Assembly (NCBI GenBank): GCA_013239625.1
Contig: MU053881.1
Span: 434,001 to 498,000, forward strand
Direction of reading: 5' to 3'
Source: Lama guanicoe
Taxonomy: Eukaryota
DNA length: 64,000 bases
The position numbers and the translations under genes are program-made. The notes below the pieces were generated by a model that saw nothing but the letters and a program-made list of their open reading frames with translations, was not told where the DNA came from and did no database searches. Positions 53,027 through 63,506 of this stretch are shown here, in pieces (positions within the stretch are counted from its first letter, which is position 1; the number at the start of each line of letters is the position of its first letter).

Positions 53027-53173
53027 TGGGGCGGGCAGTGTGTAGCTCAAGCAGTAAGGCACATGCTTGGCACGCACGAGGTCCTGAGTTCAATCCCCAG
53101 GACCTCCTCTAAAAATAAACAAGCCAACAGACCAACCTAATTCCCTCCCCTCCACCAAAAAGTTAAAAAAAAA
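53027..53173 (+). mobile_element. tRNA-Ala-derived SINE, long form
   Basis: tgtagctcaagcagtaag...gaggtcctgagttcaatccccaggacctcc, tail cctaattccctcccc, poly(A); perfect TSD aattcagtag (53017-53026 / 53174-53183). Confidence 0.88.
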
Positions 53174-53364
53174 AATTCAGTAGATAAATGGGCCAGAGAT
53201 TCTAACAGACACTATGCCAGAGAAGATATACAGATGGCAAATGAGTACATGAAAAATGCTCAACACCATTGGTCCTTAGGGAAATGCAGAGTACAGCCCC
53301 AGTGAGATACCACTGTGCACCTGTGGGAATGGTTACAATCAGATGATAAAGACTGGCCATACCA

Positions 53365-53855
53365 TCTCTATCGAGTCACCTGTTGATGGACGTTTGGGCT
53401 GTCTCCATGTCTGGGCTGTTGTAAACAGTGCTGCTGTGAACTTTGGCGTGCAGGTGTCTATTTGAATTAGGGTTCCCTCTGGATGTGTGCCCAGGAGTGG
53501 GACTGCTGGATCCTACGGTAACTCTGTTTTTAGTTTTTTGAGGCACCTCAATATTGTCCTCCACAGTGGCTGCACAAGTTTACATTCTCACCAGCAGAGT
53601 AGGAGGGTTCCCTTTTCTCCACACCCTCTTCAGCGTTTATTATTTGTAGACTTTCTAATGATGGCCATTCTGACTGGTGTGAGTTGATGCCTCATTGTAG
53701 TTTTGATTTGCATTTCTCTGATCATTAGCGATAAAGAATCTGAAAAAATACATAGGTACATATTTGTATATCTGAATCGCTTTGCTGTATAACTGAAACT
53801 AATGCTGTAAATCAACTACACTTCAATAAAAAATAATAATTAAAAACAACAACAA
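53365..53855 (+). mobile_element. Young L1 with 5' inversion (twin priming)
   Basis: 53365-53732 is minus-oriented ORF2 C-terminus ([25 protein letters not shown]); 53733-53855 is plus-oriented 3' end with AATAAA and A tail; 17-bp TSD aaagactgg(c/t)catacca-type at 53348-53364 and 53856-53872 (one mismatch). Confidence 0.9.
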
Positions 53856-54159
53856 AAAGACTGGCTATACCAAGTGTTGGCGAAGGGGTAGAATTTTCAT
53901 ACACTGCTGGTGGAAATGTAAAATGCTACACTCACTTCCGAAAACACTTCGGCAATCTCTTTAAAAAGTAACCCACGCCTATCATGTTAGCCAGCCTTCA
54001 TAGCTGTTGACCCCAGAAAAGAGAAAGTGTGTCCTTACAAAGACCTGTACGCTGTTTGTAGAAGTAAAGAATGTTATTTTTAGCTTGATTCATTACAGCC
54101 AAGACTGGGACAGAATACGAGTGTCCCATCAACAGGAAAAAGGATAAGTAAGTTGTGGC

Positions 54160-54198
54160 ATATATGTGTATATATATATATAGAGAGAGAGAGAGAGA
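54160..54198. repeat. Compound (TA)n(GA)n microsatellite
   Basis: atatatgtgtatatatatatatagagagagagagagaga. Confidence 0.85.
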
Positions 54199-55199
54199 AT
54201 ATGTACACCTAATATATACACATATATTAATATGTAATAGTGAGATATAATAGTGATATGTAATAGTGCTGTTACATAGCATGAGAAGGAAATGAACTGT
54301 TGATGCTTGCAGCAACGTGGATTAATCTCAAGATAATTGTTCCGAGTGAGAGAAAGCAGGCACAGCATAGCACACGCACCATCATTCCATTTATATAAAG
54401 CTCCGCAAAACACAAACCACAGTAGCAGAAGGCGGGTCGTGGGGGATGAAGCAGAAGGGAGGCCGGAAGAAGGGACTAGGAAGGGGCACAAGGGAATTCG
54501 GTAATCGTGGTGGTTTCGTGGGTCAAGCTGAACATCACATTGTACCCTTTGTGCAGTTTAAGTCTATTATGTCTCTCTAAGGCTGTTTGAAAAAATATGT
54601 GTGTGTATATGATAGAGGAGACTCGGATTAAAAGCACCTGGAGACCTAGAAACCAAATGCCATGTTTGGACTTTGTATCCTGATTCGAGCAAGCTGACTA
54701 TCAGGTGAAGTTCTGGGGACAGCTGGGGAAATAGTCTGAGTATTAGGTTATGTTGGTGATTGTTAATTTTGTCTCGTAAGACAATGGCACCAAACAAAAA
54801 CCCGTATCTGTAAGACATAGTTCACTTCGGGTGGTGATGGGTGAAATCTTACAGAGCTTGTGATGTGCTTTGAAATCCTCTAGCACAGTAAAGGAGGAGG
54901 GGTGGAAATTCATGAAGACTGTACTTAGGTAAAATACTGATCATTGAAGCTTGATGATGAATACAGCTAGAGGCTCATTACATTTTCTCCTTTTGTGTGC
55001 TTTAAAATTCCTCCTAAAATTTCATGTCGTTTTTGGTTTTGTGTTTTCCTCGGGACAGAGTGCAAGGTCTCCCTTTGTTTCAGCCTCCACCGTAGTCCTT
55101 CACCCTCACCGTCTGCCTCCCGTCCTGGTTTGAGGTCTGTTATGTGCAGGGTGGCCCTCTGTCCCAGGGTGTCTGGGGCAGTCTTGATCAGCACCTGTT

Positions 55200-55670
55200 G
55201 CTCCAGTATAATTATTAGAGGGCTCTCTGACTCTCAGAGCATCTAACTTGAACGATTAAATGTCACCCTAGTTTTATCAAACTAATTTCCTTCATCTACC
55301 TGTGCTTCACACCCATTTGTCTTTAGTAGATTATTCCTTTGTCCAGAATCCCCGTTTCTTCCTCAGTGAGTTCCTTGCCTAACTCCTTCCTACTCACTTT
55401 TCCTAGCAAGCTAAGCTCAGGCTTCGTTTCCTCAAAGCCTTCCCTGGCACTCCTCGTCCGCCCTGCCCCGCCCCACCTTACCAGGGTGCCTCCTTTGTGC
55501 TGCCACACCGCTCGGGCATGCTCTGCTGTACAGCACTCGATTAAAATACGTCTACTAGTCTGTGCTCCAATTCAGTTAGTGTTTCAACGTTAGGGGAGCA
55601 CTGTCTTTTCATCTTTGGGGTCCTTGGTGTCTTAATAGTGCTGGCAGTGTCTGCAAAATGCTAGATGAAT
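55200..55670 (+). mobile_element. L2 fragment
   Basis: ctaagctcaggcttcgtttcctcaaagccttccctg...tgtcttttcatctttggggtccttggtgtcttaatagtgctggca...atgaat, the L2 3'-end pattern. Confidence 0.5.
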
Positions 55671-56416
55671 TCAGCCTTAGCGATTTCCTGACCGAACCCT
55701 CTCAGATAAATGAGAAAAACCCAGGCTTGGGAAGGTACATGAACCTTCCTGAGATCCCAAAGCAGTAGCAGGGTCAGAAGGAGAGTTCACAACTGCATCC
55801 CTTCTCCCACACATGGTGATGTGACAAGCGATTTTAAGGGTGCATTAGATGTTGTCCTTTCACAAAGACGGAGTTTATGTATCTAATGATGGTCGTCCTT
55901 GGAGCAGAACAGAAAAGCTGTCGGGACCCTGGTAGCAGCTCTGACATGTACAAGAATTAGATGTTGACAATGCTGTAATATTTCAAATGCGTATTAAATA
56001 CAAAATGCAGTGAGGAATATGACACCTGGCTTTTTCACTGTGTACACTTACTCACCAGAATGCTAAACCTAGGGGGAAACTGCCAGTTCTTCTGATTTTT
56101 TAATTGTTTTTTAAGAATCTTCTCACGTGATATGACATGGAAAGTAACGTAGGGTGATAGGGACTTCGTGCATTTAATTTTCTTAAAATACAGGACATCA
56201 TCTAGAGTACACAGACGTTAACTAGGCTTATTGTGGTCGTTTCAGAATATACACAAACGCTGAATCGTTATGTTGTACCCCTGAAACTAATGTATGTATC
56301 AATTACTTTAACTTTTTAAATGTAATAAAATAATAGTCAGCTGTAATATCAAGAAAAGAAGAAGAACGCCGAGAGATCTTGCACTTAATGTCTGTTTTTC
56401 TTTGCAATTTTCATAG

Positions 56417-56488
56417 CGTCGCCTTGGAGATGCAGCCAAGAAAGCCATCAGCAAATTGACAACCAGAACCGTAAAAAAGGGTGACAAG
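56417..56488 (+). CDS. RNF130: RNF130 internal coding exon (probably exon 4; basic linker), 72 nt, phase 0-0; absent from the ORF track
   Basis: Encodes RRLGDAAKKAISKLTTRTVKKGDK; acceptor ttttctttgcaattttcatag, donor AAG|gtacag; joins ...DRNQ to ETDPDF... in frame. Confidence 0.96.
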
Positions 56489-58335
56489 GTACAGTGGTGA
56501 AATCACTCTCAATGCTGTACAGACAGCGAAGCATTTTGCCTTTGAATCGGGAGGGAGGGGATGTGCCCTGACCGTTTACTTGGGTCTCGTCTGTTGGATT
56601 ATCCTTCTTCTCCAAGCGTGCTAGCTGATGCTCTGTTTTGACCAGCTTCCCTTTGAAGTCTTGTTCTTGGCATGCCTGCCATGTGGAGGCCCTCCGTTCA
56701 GTTCCCTGATTTTCCTGGACTTAAATGCTCTTGTCATTATAGCTTCACTGGACTACTTACAGGTTCCCTAGCTGTGGTGTCCAGCAGTTTTCTTTCGCTG
56801 AAGCCTGGCGTCCTTCAGGGAAGAGCCCTCGAACGTGCGTTCTCTGCCTGTGCTTCCCGCGAACTCGCCTCTGTCTGGTGTTCTGGTTCTTCACCGGTTC
56901 GCGAGAGAACTGGCGGCCCGCATTTCAAGGGAGTGGTGGTTAGCAAAGTGTTCTCCGTACGGTGGGCTAAGCAGGTTGAAAGAACACAGCATGGGGCCTG
57001 GTGGCTTTGGGGACCAAATCAGAGCAGCAGTGATAGCGAGAGGCTGCTTGTGGCCGAGACCACCGGCTCGAATTCTCCAGTCGGATCTCAAGTTGCGGTA
57101 GAGCCCTGCTTCTGCTCTCTAAGCACAGCACAGCAGCGGGACGTCAGACCCTGTGCTCAAGGTTATCTGGAGTGAAAACACTGCACCTCTGAAGGGATGG
57201 AACCAAAATTGTCTTCTGCCCCAAAACCAACTCTGATTTTTTTTAACAAGGAGCCCTGGAGGGATAATTACAAGTGCTTCTCCATCCTCTTAAGTTTTAC
57301 CACGGTTTTGACTTTTCTCATTTTTCTTCCCACTGCCATGACACCCCACGTCTGGTTTTCCATGACACAGCTCCAGAAGGTGGAAGCATTTTCAGTGAAC
57401 TTCATGGTACACTGGGGAAAGAAGAAAGTAAAAATCCTAACAGAAATACAGGCAGCATTGGAACAGCTGCACTTTAACCCTGGAGGAGGGGTCACCTGTG
57501 TAAACGCTTTCTTGACCTGGTGGCCTTCAGCTGCCACGTTAATCTCAATGTCCACAGAGCTGGTCTGACCTGACCATCCTGCTTTGTCCCCTGTGCTAAC
57601 ACAGAACCGTCTTTCCTTATTAAGGCCAGCGCTGCTAGTTTGTGCCTCCTAGACCCGTCAAGAGTTGTCCCACTGAGTTTCAGTCCAAGGGCAGTGATGT
57701 GGCAGTCAGTCTTGCCTTTTCTGGCTCAGGCTCCTGGTGGTGCTCCGTTTTATGACAGCTCTGGGGAAGCCTGCCTCAGCCCAGAGGAGGACGGAAGTCA
57801 GTGACCCTAGGTGACCAGACACCTGGCAGACTCCTCCTGACTCTTGATAAAGTCCATGATGGTTCCCCACCCCAAATCTGTGACCAGACACACAGCTCCC
57901 ATCCTTGGAGGGGGGTGGTCTCTGGATAACGGTCTTTTGGGGGCTCTCCATCTTTTCTGTCAGCACTTAGCTATGTGGTCCAGTGAGCCTCCTGATGAGA
58001 ATCCAGTGAAACCTGCCCAGACCGGAATAGCGATGCAGCAGAGTGAGAAGACAGGAGGCTCCAAGGGGACAGCTGATTTGAATCTTGAAAAAAAATCAGT
58101 GTTCTTGTTCTAAGACATTTCACAAGCAGAATTAGTATTAATTGTTGCACCATAGTAAAAACAAAATAGTATGATTTGGGCCAATACAGTTATGCAAATA
58201 GAAACATAGTACACTTTTGTTTACAACCTTCCCCTTATAATCACCTGTGTATCGTCGTTGCCGCAGGAGGACTCCTGGCCGCTCAGGCACCTCTGGCTGC
58301 AGCGTGTGACTTCTGTTCTGTGCCTTTCATTTCAG

Positions 58336-58418
58336 GAGACAGACCCAGACTTCGATCACTGCGCAGTCTGCATAGAGAGCTATAAGCAGAACGATGTTGT
58401 CCGGATCCTCCCCTGCAA
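58336..58418 (+). CDS. RNF130: RNF130 internal coding exon (probably exon 5; N-terminal half of RING-H2), 83 nt, phase 0-2
   Basis: Encodes [27 protein letters not shown](K); acceptor gcctttcatttcag, donor AA|gtatgt. Confidence 0.96.
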
Positions 58419-58705
58419 GTATGTCACCTTTTCTTTGTTTAAAAAAGAACGATACTAATGTGACTCGTATGCCTCCCTCGCTTTTGAGAGCCACCTCACC
58501 CACGGCTTTTCTGGCAGCTGGGGGCCCGGCTGCGCAGGCAGAGGGCTGGGCCACCGCAGCAGGAACTGACTGCAGAGCCTTCTCTAGTGGAGAAACGGGC
58601 ACAGCCGGCGGGCACATCAGTGGCCTGAAGGCATGGAGGTTGAGCATTTTTTTATTTCTGTGACTTCTGTGGGTTTCAGAACTAGCCACTGTTCCTCTTC
58701 TTTTA

Positions 58706-59336
58706 TTTTATTCTTTTTTATTGAGGTATAGTCAGTTTACAATGTGGTGACAATTTCTGGTGTGCGGCACAATGCTTCAGTCATACATGAATATATATAT
58801 ATATATATATTCATTTTCAGGTTCTTTTCCACTGTGAGCTACTGCTATACAGTATAAACCTGTTTGTCTATTTTATATATACCAGTCAGTATCTGCAAAT
58901 TTCACACTTCCAGTTTATCCCTTCCTACCCCTGCCCTACCCCCAGGCAACCACAAGTCTGTATTCTATGTCTGTGAGTCTGTTTCTGCTTTATATATAAG
59001 TTCATTTGTCTTTTTTTTTTGATTCCACATATGAGTGATATCATATGGTATATTTCTTTCTCTTTCTGGCTTACTTCACCTAGAATGACAATCTGCAGGT
59101 CCATCCATGTTGCTGCAAATGGCATTATTTTATCATTTTTATGGCTGAGTAGTATTCCGTTGTATAAATATACCACATCTTCTTTATCCAGTCACCTGTT
59201 GATGGACATTTAGGCTGTTTCCATGTCTTGGCTATTGTAAATAGTGCTGCTGTGAACATTGGGGTGCAGGTGTCTTTTTGAATTAGGGTTCCCTCTGGAT
59301 ATATGCCCAGGAGTGGGATTCCTGGGTCATATGGTT
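58706..59336 (-). mobile_element. Young lineage-specific L1 3' end, antisense, with internal (TA)n at about 58791-58810
   Basis: Minus-strand KIMPFAATWMDLQIVILGEVSQKEKEIYHMISLICGI; T-rich tail at left; TSD ctcttctttta (58695-58705 / 59337-59347). Confidence 0.9.
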
Positions 59337-60218
59337 CTCTTCTTTTAAATCAGAGTACATCACTAGGCACTCCAGTAGAGCCCCAGAGGTGTTCACTTGG
59401 CACTGGGTACCAGAACTCTAGGGCTTGACTTAAATATTTCCGTGAACCTGTGCTGTGTAAAGTGGGGGGCACTGGTGTGTGCTGTGTACCTGCCCCACGT
59501 CAGGTGCTCTGCTCTGTTCGGTTTACATTTACTCTGTCCTGTAAGAGGGTCCGTGTTTCTCTCCCCACTGTCCATCCAGTGAAGGATGGTGAAGTCTGTA
59601 ATGGATCTGCCAGGGTCACACAATTCAGAAATGGCTGGGCCAGTACAGAGGTCCGCCTTTATATTATTTCTACTTTTTACGTGGGGCCACGTCCCTCCCT
59701 CCAAACGGAGGTATTCGCCTGTAGTTTGGTGCCCTAAAAAGAGCAGATGTTCTTTATATGCACGTGGATGTCTAACACGGTGCTATCCCAAGCTGGGGGA
59801 TATGAAACAGATACACAATTATGAGCAGTGGTTGGAAAAACATGAAGTCACCTGCTGAGAAGCCTAAGACAAAAGACTTTTCCTCTTCCTTCTCCCCTCG
59901 CCTTTAAAACACGTCCACACCACTCCCGCCTTCTAGTAACACGGAACGTGTGAGTGAGTCAGACATCCAGTGGTCGTTGTCTCTGTGAGGCTGCTGGTAT
60001 TATCTTACTTATTCACAAAGTCATGTATTTACACCCTAGAGAGAGAACTTAAGAATTATTTCATGTACTAAAACAGAAAACCAGAATTCTGGAAGTCAGG
60101 TCATTCTAGTTTACATATAAAGGGAAATCTATAAAACTCAATGTACGCTGTTCTATAGAAAACTAAATTGTGTAATTACCAGTTTTTCCAGTCTTAAAGC
60201 ATGCGGCTAAAGGAAGTA

Positions 60219-60421
60219 CAGTTGACCCTTGAACGACGCGGGTTTGACCTGCACCTGGAATTTTGTCGGTGGTGAATTCTGCAGTCCTGCGTGGTCAGCA
60301 GTTGGCTGGATCTGCAGATGCAGAACCATGGATACGGAGGGCTGATTACAAATATGTGCATTTTCAGCTGCATGGGCTGTCAGCACCCCTGACCCCCCAC
60401 ATTGTTCAAAGGTCAACCCTG
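60219..60421. mobile_element. Tigger-derived MITE (MER8-like)
   Basis: TIRs cagttgacccttgaac ... gttcaaaggtcaaccctg, TA on the left flank, internal ctgcagatgcagaaccatggatacggagggc. Confidence 0.8.
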
Positions 60422-61239
60422 CAAATCAGGAGAAAGATCAAGAGGAAACATTGTAAAGCATAATCAGCCTTCCCTTGCTTCTACAAAGTGTTTTACCTGC
60501 GCAGATGTCTCCCGGCACTGGAGTGACTAGGAGGAAGCCAGGTCTTTCCAAAGTGCCTTCCTGTTTCAGTGCAGGGTCCCCTGGTACCACCTGGGCAGTG
60601 AAGCCCCCCACGGCCAGCGGTGGTCATTTGCAGGCGCCAGCGTCTCCCTCGGGGGGGCTCCTGCTGGAAACAGACTGTGCTGGGACGTTTGCTGCCTGTT
60701 CTCTCTGTCCCTCAAGCATTGGCTTTTGGAAAGTTTCATTCTTGGTTCTGTTTTTTCCTTCCAAACCTGACTTTGCCTCAGAATCAGTGGGGAGCCCTGG
60801 GCGTGTTTATTTCTCATGAAGTGCCTGGGTGACTGATGCTGCAAGGCCCCACCGTCTGTTGAAGTGCAGAGCTCTGCTTGGTCGTAGCCCTTTCGGTGGC
60901 TGCACCTCCCCGCAGAGGAGTGGCCTCAGCCTTCATGTTCATGGTCCGCTTTTGAGTATTAGGATTTGGCAAACTTGAGAGTGTTTCTTTGCACCTGTAG
61001 TTAGGGCACTGCTCACCTGGCTGACTTGAGTCCTGAGATCCTGGTCTGGACTGTCCATGCCCACTGCCCTGACACCCCTCTGCTTCAGGGCAGGCGGCAG
61101 CTTTCTCCGTGTTGCACACCCTGCCCTGCACACATTTCCCCTCCCTGAAATGGTGACAGCAGCGGGATTCTCAGGTGTGGTGAAAACCAACTGGGCGCGT
61201 TGAGCAGCGTTTTGTGTGACCCGAGTTGACAGCTTCTGA

Positions 61240-61430
61240 CCTAGAGCAGACTCTCCCCATGGGCGCAGTTGACATTTGGTACCAGATAATTCTTCGTTGG
61301 GCACATTCGGGGGCTGCCTGTGCATTGCAGATTATAGTATCCTTGGCCCCACTCACTAGATGCCAGTAGCGCCCCCCACACACAGCTGTGACCCCCACGG
61401 ATGTCTCCTGACCTAGAGGAGGGCTCCACT
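61240..61430. mobile_element. MER20-like hAT-Charlie MITE
   Basis: gttgacatttggtaccagataattcttcgttg...ctgtgcattgcag...ccttggccccactcactagatgccagtagc...tgtgacccccacggatgtctcctgac. Confidence 0.7.
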
Positions 61431-62888
61431 TAAATATTCATCTTTATTCCAAATCTTCCCAAGCCTGTTTTCCAGGGGTGGCTGCCTCATGCTGCTGCTC
61501 GCTCTGTTCTTGTGCCTGAGATATCCTGCCCTTCCTCTTTGATCTGCAGGTCTTTTTAGCCGTGTAAGGTGTGACTCTGCTACGTCTTCCTTCAGCTCTG
61601 GTTCCTCCCTGGGACGCGGAGCAGACCTCCAGCCAGGCCTGGAGTGCCGCCCCGAGCCCCTCCGTCCCCCTGGCTGGCTCTCCCCATCCCCTAGCAGCGC
61701 TGCCAGCTGTGTCCCTTCTCCTTCCACACCTTCATGTGTCCCTTTCTTCCTCACTCTCATCAGATAGCGTCACCACCCACTTCACAGAGAAAAGAATGGC
61801 TCTTGGACACCTGAACTCCTCTCAGCCTGATGACCCCAGGCCCTCGTGTGTGGCTGCCCCACACCCGCGCCTGCAGCCTTCCCTCACGTCGCAGTGAAGG
61901 AGACAGTCTCTGTGGTTCTGGTGTGCTCCTTCCACCTGGGCCTCCACGTGCCGACACCTTCCCTCCCTTGGGGACCGTGCTCTGCTAGATCTGTGTTCCC
62001 TCCAGCTTTTATTCTTTCAGCACTTCATCGCGCTCAAGCATTTTCTGTCCAGTTTTCATAACTGTCTTTCAAACCCACCTCCAGAGCTGTACCACCCACA
62101 GCCTCTCCCCTTCACAGCCAGAGCCCGGAACGGGTCTGTACCCAGTGTCCGTTCTCCCCTGGCTCAGGAAAGAAGAAAAGCCCGGGTGCCTCTGTGTGTC
62201 TGTCCCTGCTTCTGTTTAACGAGCCTGTCCGGAGGCTGGGCCGAGACTTCCCGCAGATAGCACACCCCTCGGGGACTGCTGGCGTCTTGTTGCATGACCT
62301 TTGCTTTTCACCTTCTGTCACATTAATTTACTGTGGACAGATGGCAGCTGGCATCGCTTTGGGACCTCCTACTTGTGTCAGTTGATTATAGTTGATCATC
62401 CTTTGGACGTTAGGCAACACAGGTTATAAACTAAAAAAACTATTACCTTATTTAGACCTCTTTTATTTAAAGGTCAGCCACAAAATATTTTTAGTAGTCA
62501 AAAGTACTTTTCAGAAGTAGAGTGCTGGCTTGGATAAGCCTTTGTCTAAGACGCCACTTTGGGAGCTAAAATGGGTCAGTCATCTGTCTGCTGGCAGAGG
62601 CGTCACCGTGATGCCCCCGCCTCGGAGCGAGGGTCTGCTGCCAGTCCCAGCTCCGGGGGAAGAGTTCTTGTCTCTGACCTTTGATAATCCTGGATCCTTT
62701 TATGTTTGCCAGCTCCTCGCACGACACCAAGAGGCTGCAGAGCTGTGAAAAGCACTCACCTTCAGTGTAGGCTCCTCTCCCCGCTCCCCCCCTCCACCAG
62801 TGTTCTGATCACTCTAGTTTACAGCATGTGTGGGAAGTAGGGAAGGGCGAGGGCAGCCTATTTCCATGTAACTGGTTTTGTTCCTTTT

Positions 62889-63064
62889 GTTTGTTTGGGT
62901 TTTTTTGTTTCTTGGTTTCTTTTTTGGCGGGGAGAGGTAATAGGGTTTTTAAAATTTTATTCATTTATTTATTTTAGAGGCGGTACTGGGGATTGAACCC
63001 AGGACCTCGTACTTGCTAAGCACGCACTGTACCTCTTGAGCTATACCCTCCTGCCCCCTCCTCC
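62889..63064 (-). mobile_element. tRNA-Ala-derived SINE, long form
   Basis: Reverse complement gggtatagctcaagaggtacagtgcgtgcttagcaagtacgaggtcctgggttcaatccccagtaccgcc; T-rich tail at left; TSD core tgttcctttt (62879-62888 / 63070-63079). Confidence 0.88.
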
Positions 63065-63506
63065 GGGTCTGTTCCTTTTATGTCCCATACGTTTCACATT
63101 CTGTATCCCGAAGTATTTCTCATGGGAATAAAGGACTTCTGTTGAAGCTCTGATAAGCTTGTCCTTTTCATGCTTCACGATTCATCAGCACGTCACCCCC
63201 TTTCCACCCCTGTACACCGCTTGGCCCAGCATATGCCGTGCCCTTTTCTGCTTTTACGTGCATTTTTATTGTTTTGAGTCTTTTATAACAGCGGGAAGGG
63301 ACTTCTTTCCAAGGTCTGGCTAGCCCCAGGTGCCCCCCTCTGAGGCGTCTGTGGATGCCTGAGGTATGTCTGCAAGCTGGGAAGAGGTCACTGGCGCTGG
63401 GCATGCTCGGGGGCTCTGACCGTTCATCAGGGCATCGTGTGGAACGTTGACGTTACTTTGCCTGAATTTGTGTTTAATGATACTTCCATTTGCATGTCCC
63501 TGGTGC

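Larger units (their letters stand above)
52658..54560 (+). mobile_element. Continuation of the old L1 (ORF2 C-terminus and 3' UTR), interrupted by a SINE and a young L1
   Basis: Resumes at TQWRKDSLFNKWCWN; ggaaatgcagagtacagccccagtgagataccac; acgtggattaatctcaagataattgttccgagtgagaga. Confidence 0.8.

Noticed and set aside
58419..58432. U12-type (minor) intron donor after exon 5
   Set aside because: gtatgtcacctttt only superficially resembles GTATCCTTT; +5/+6 are GT, a normal U2 donor.
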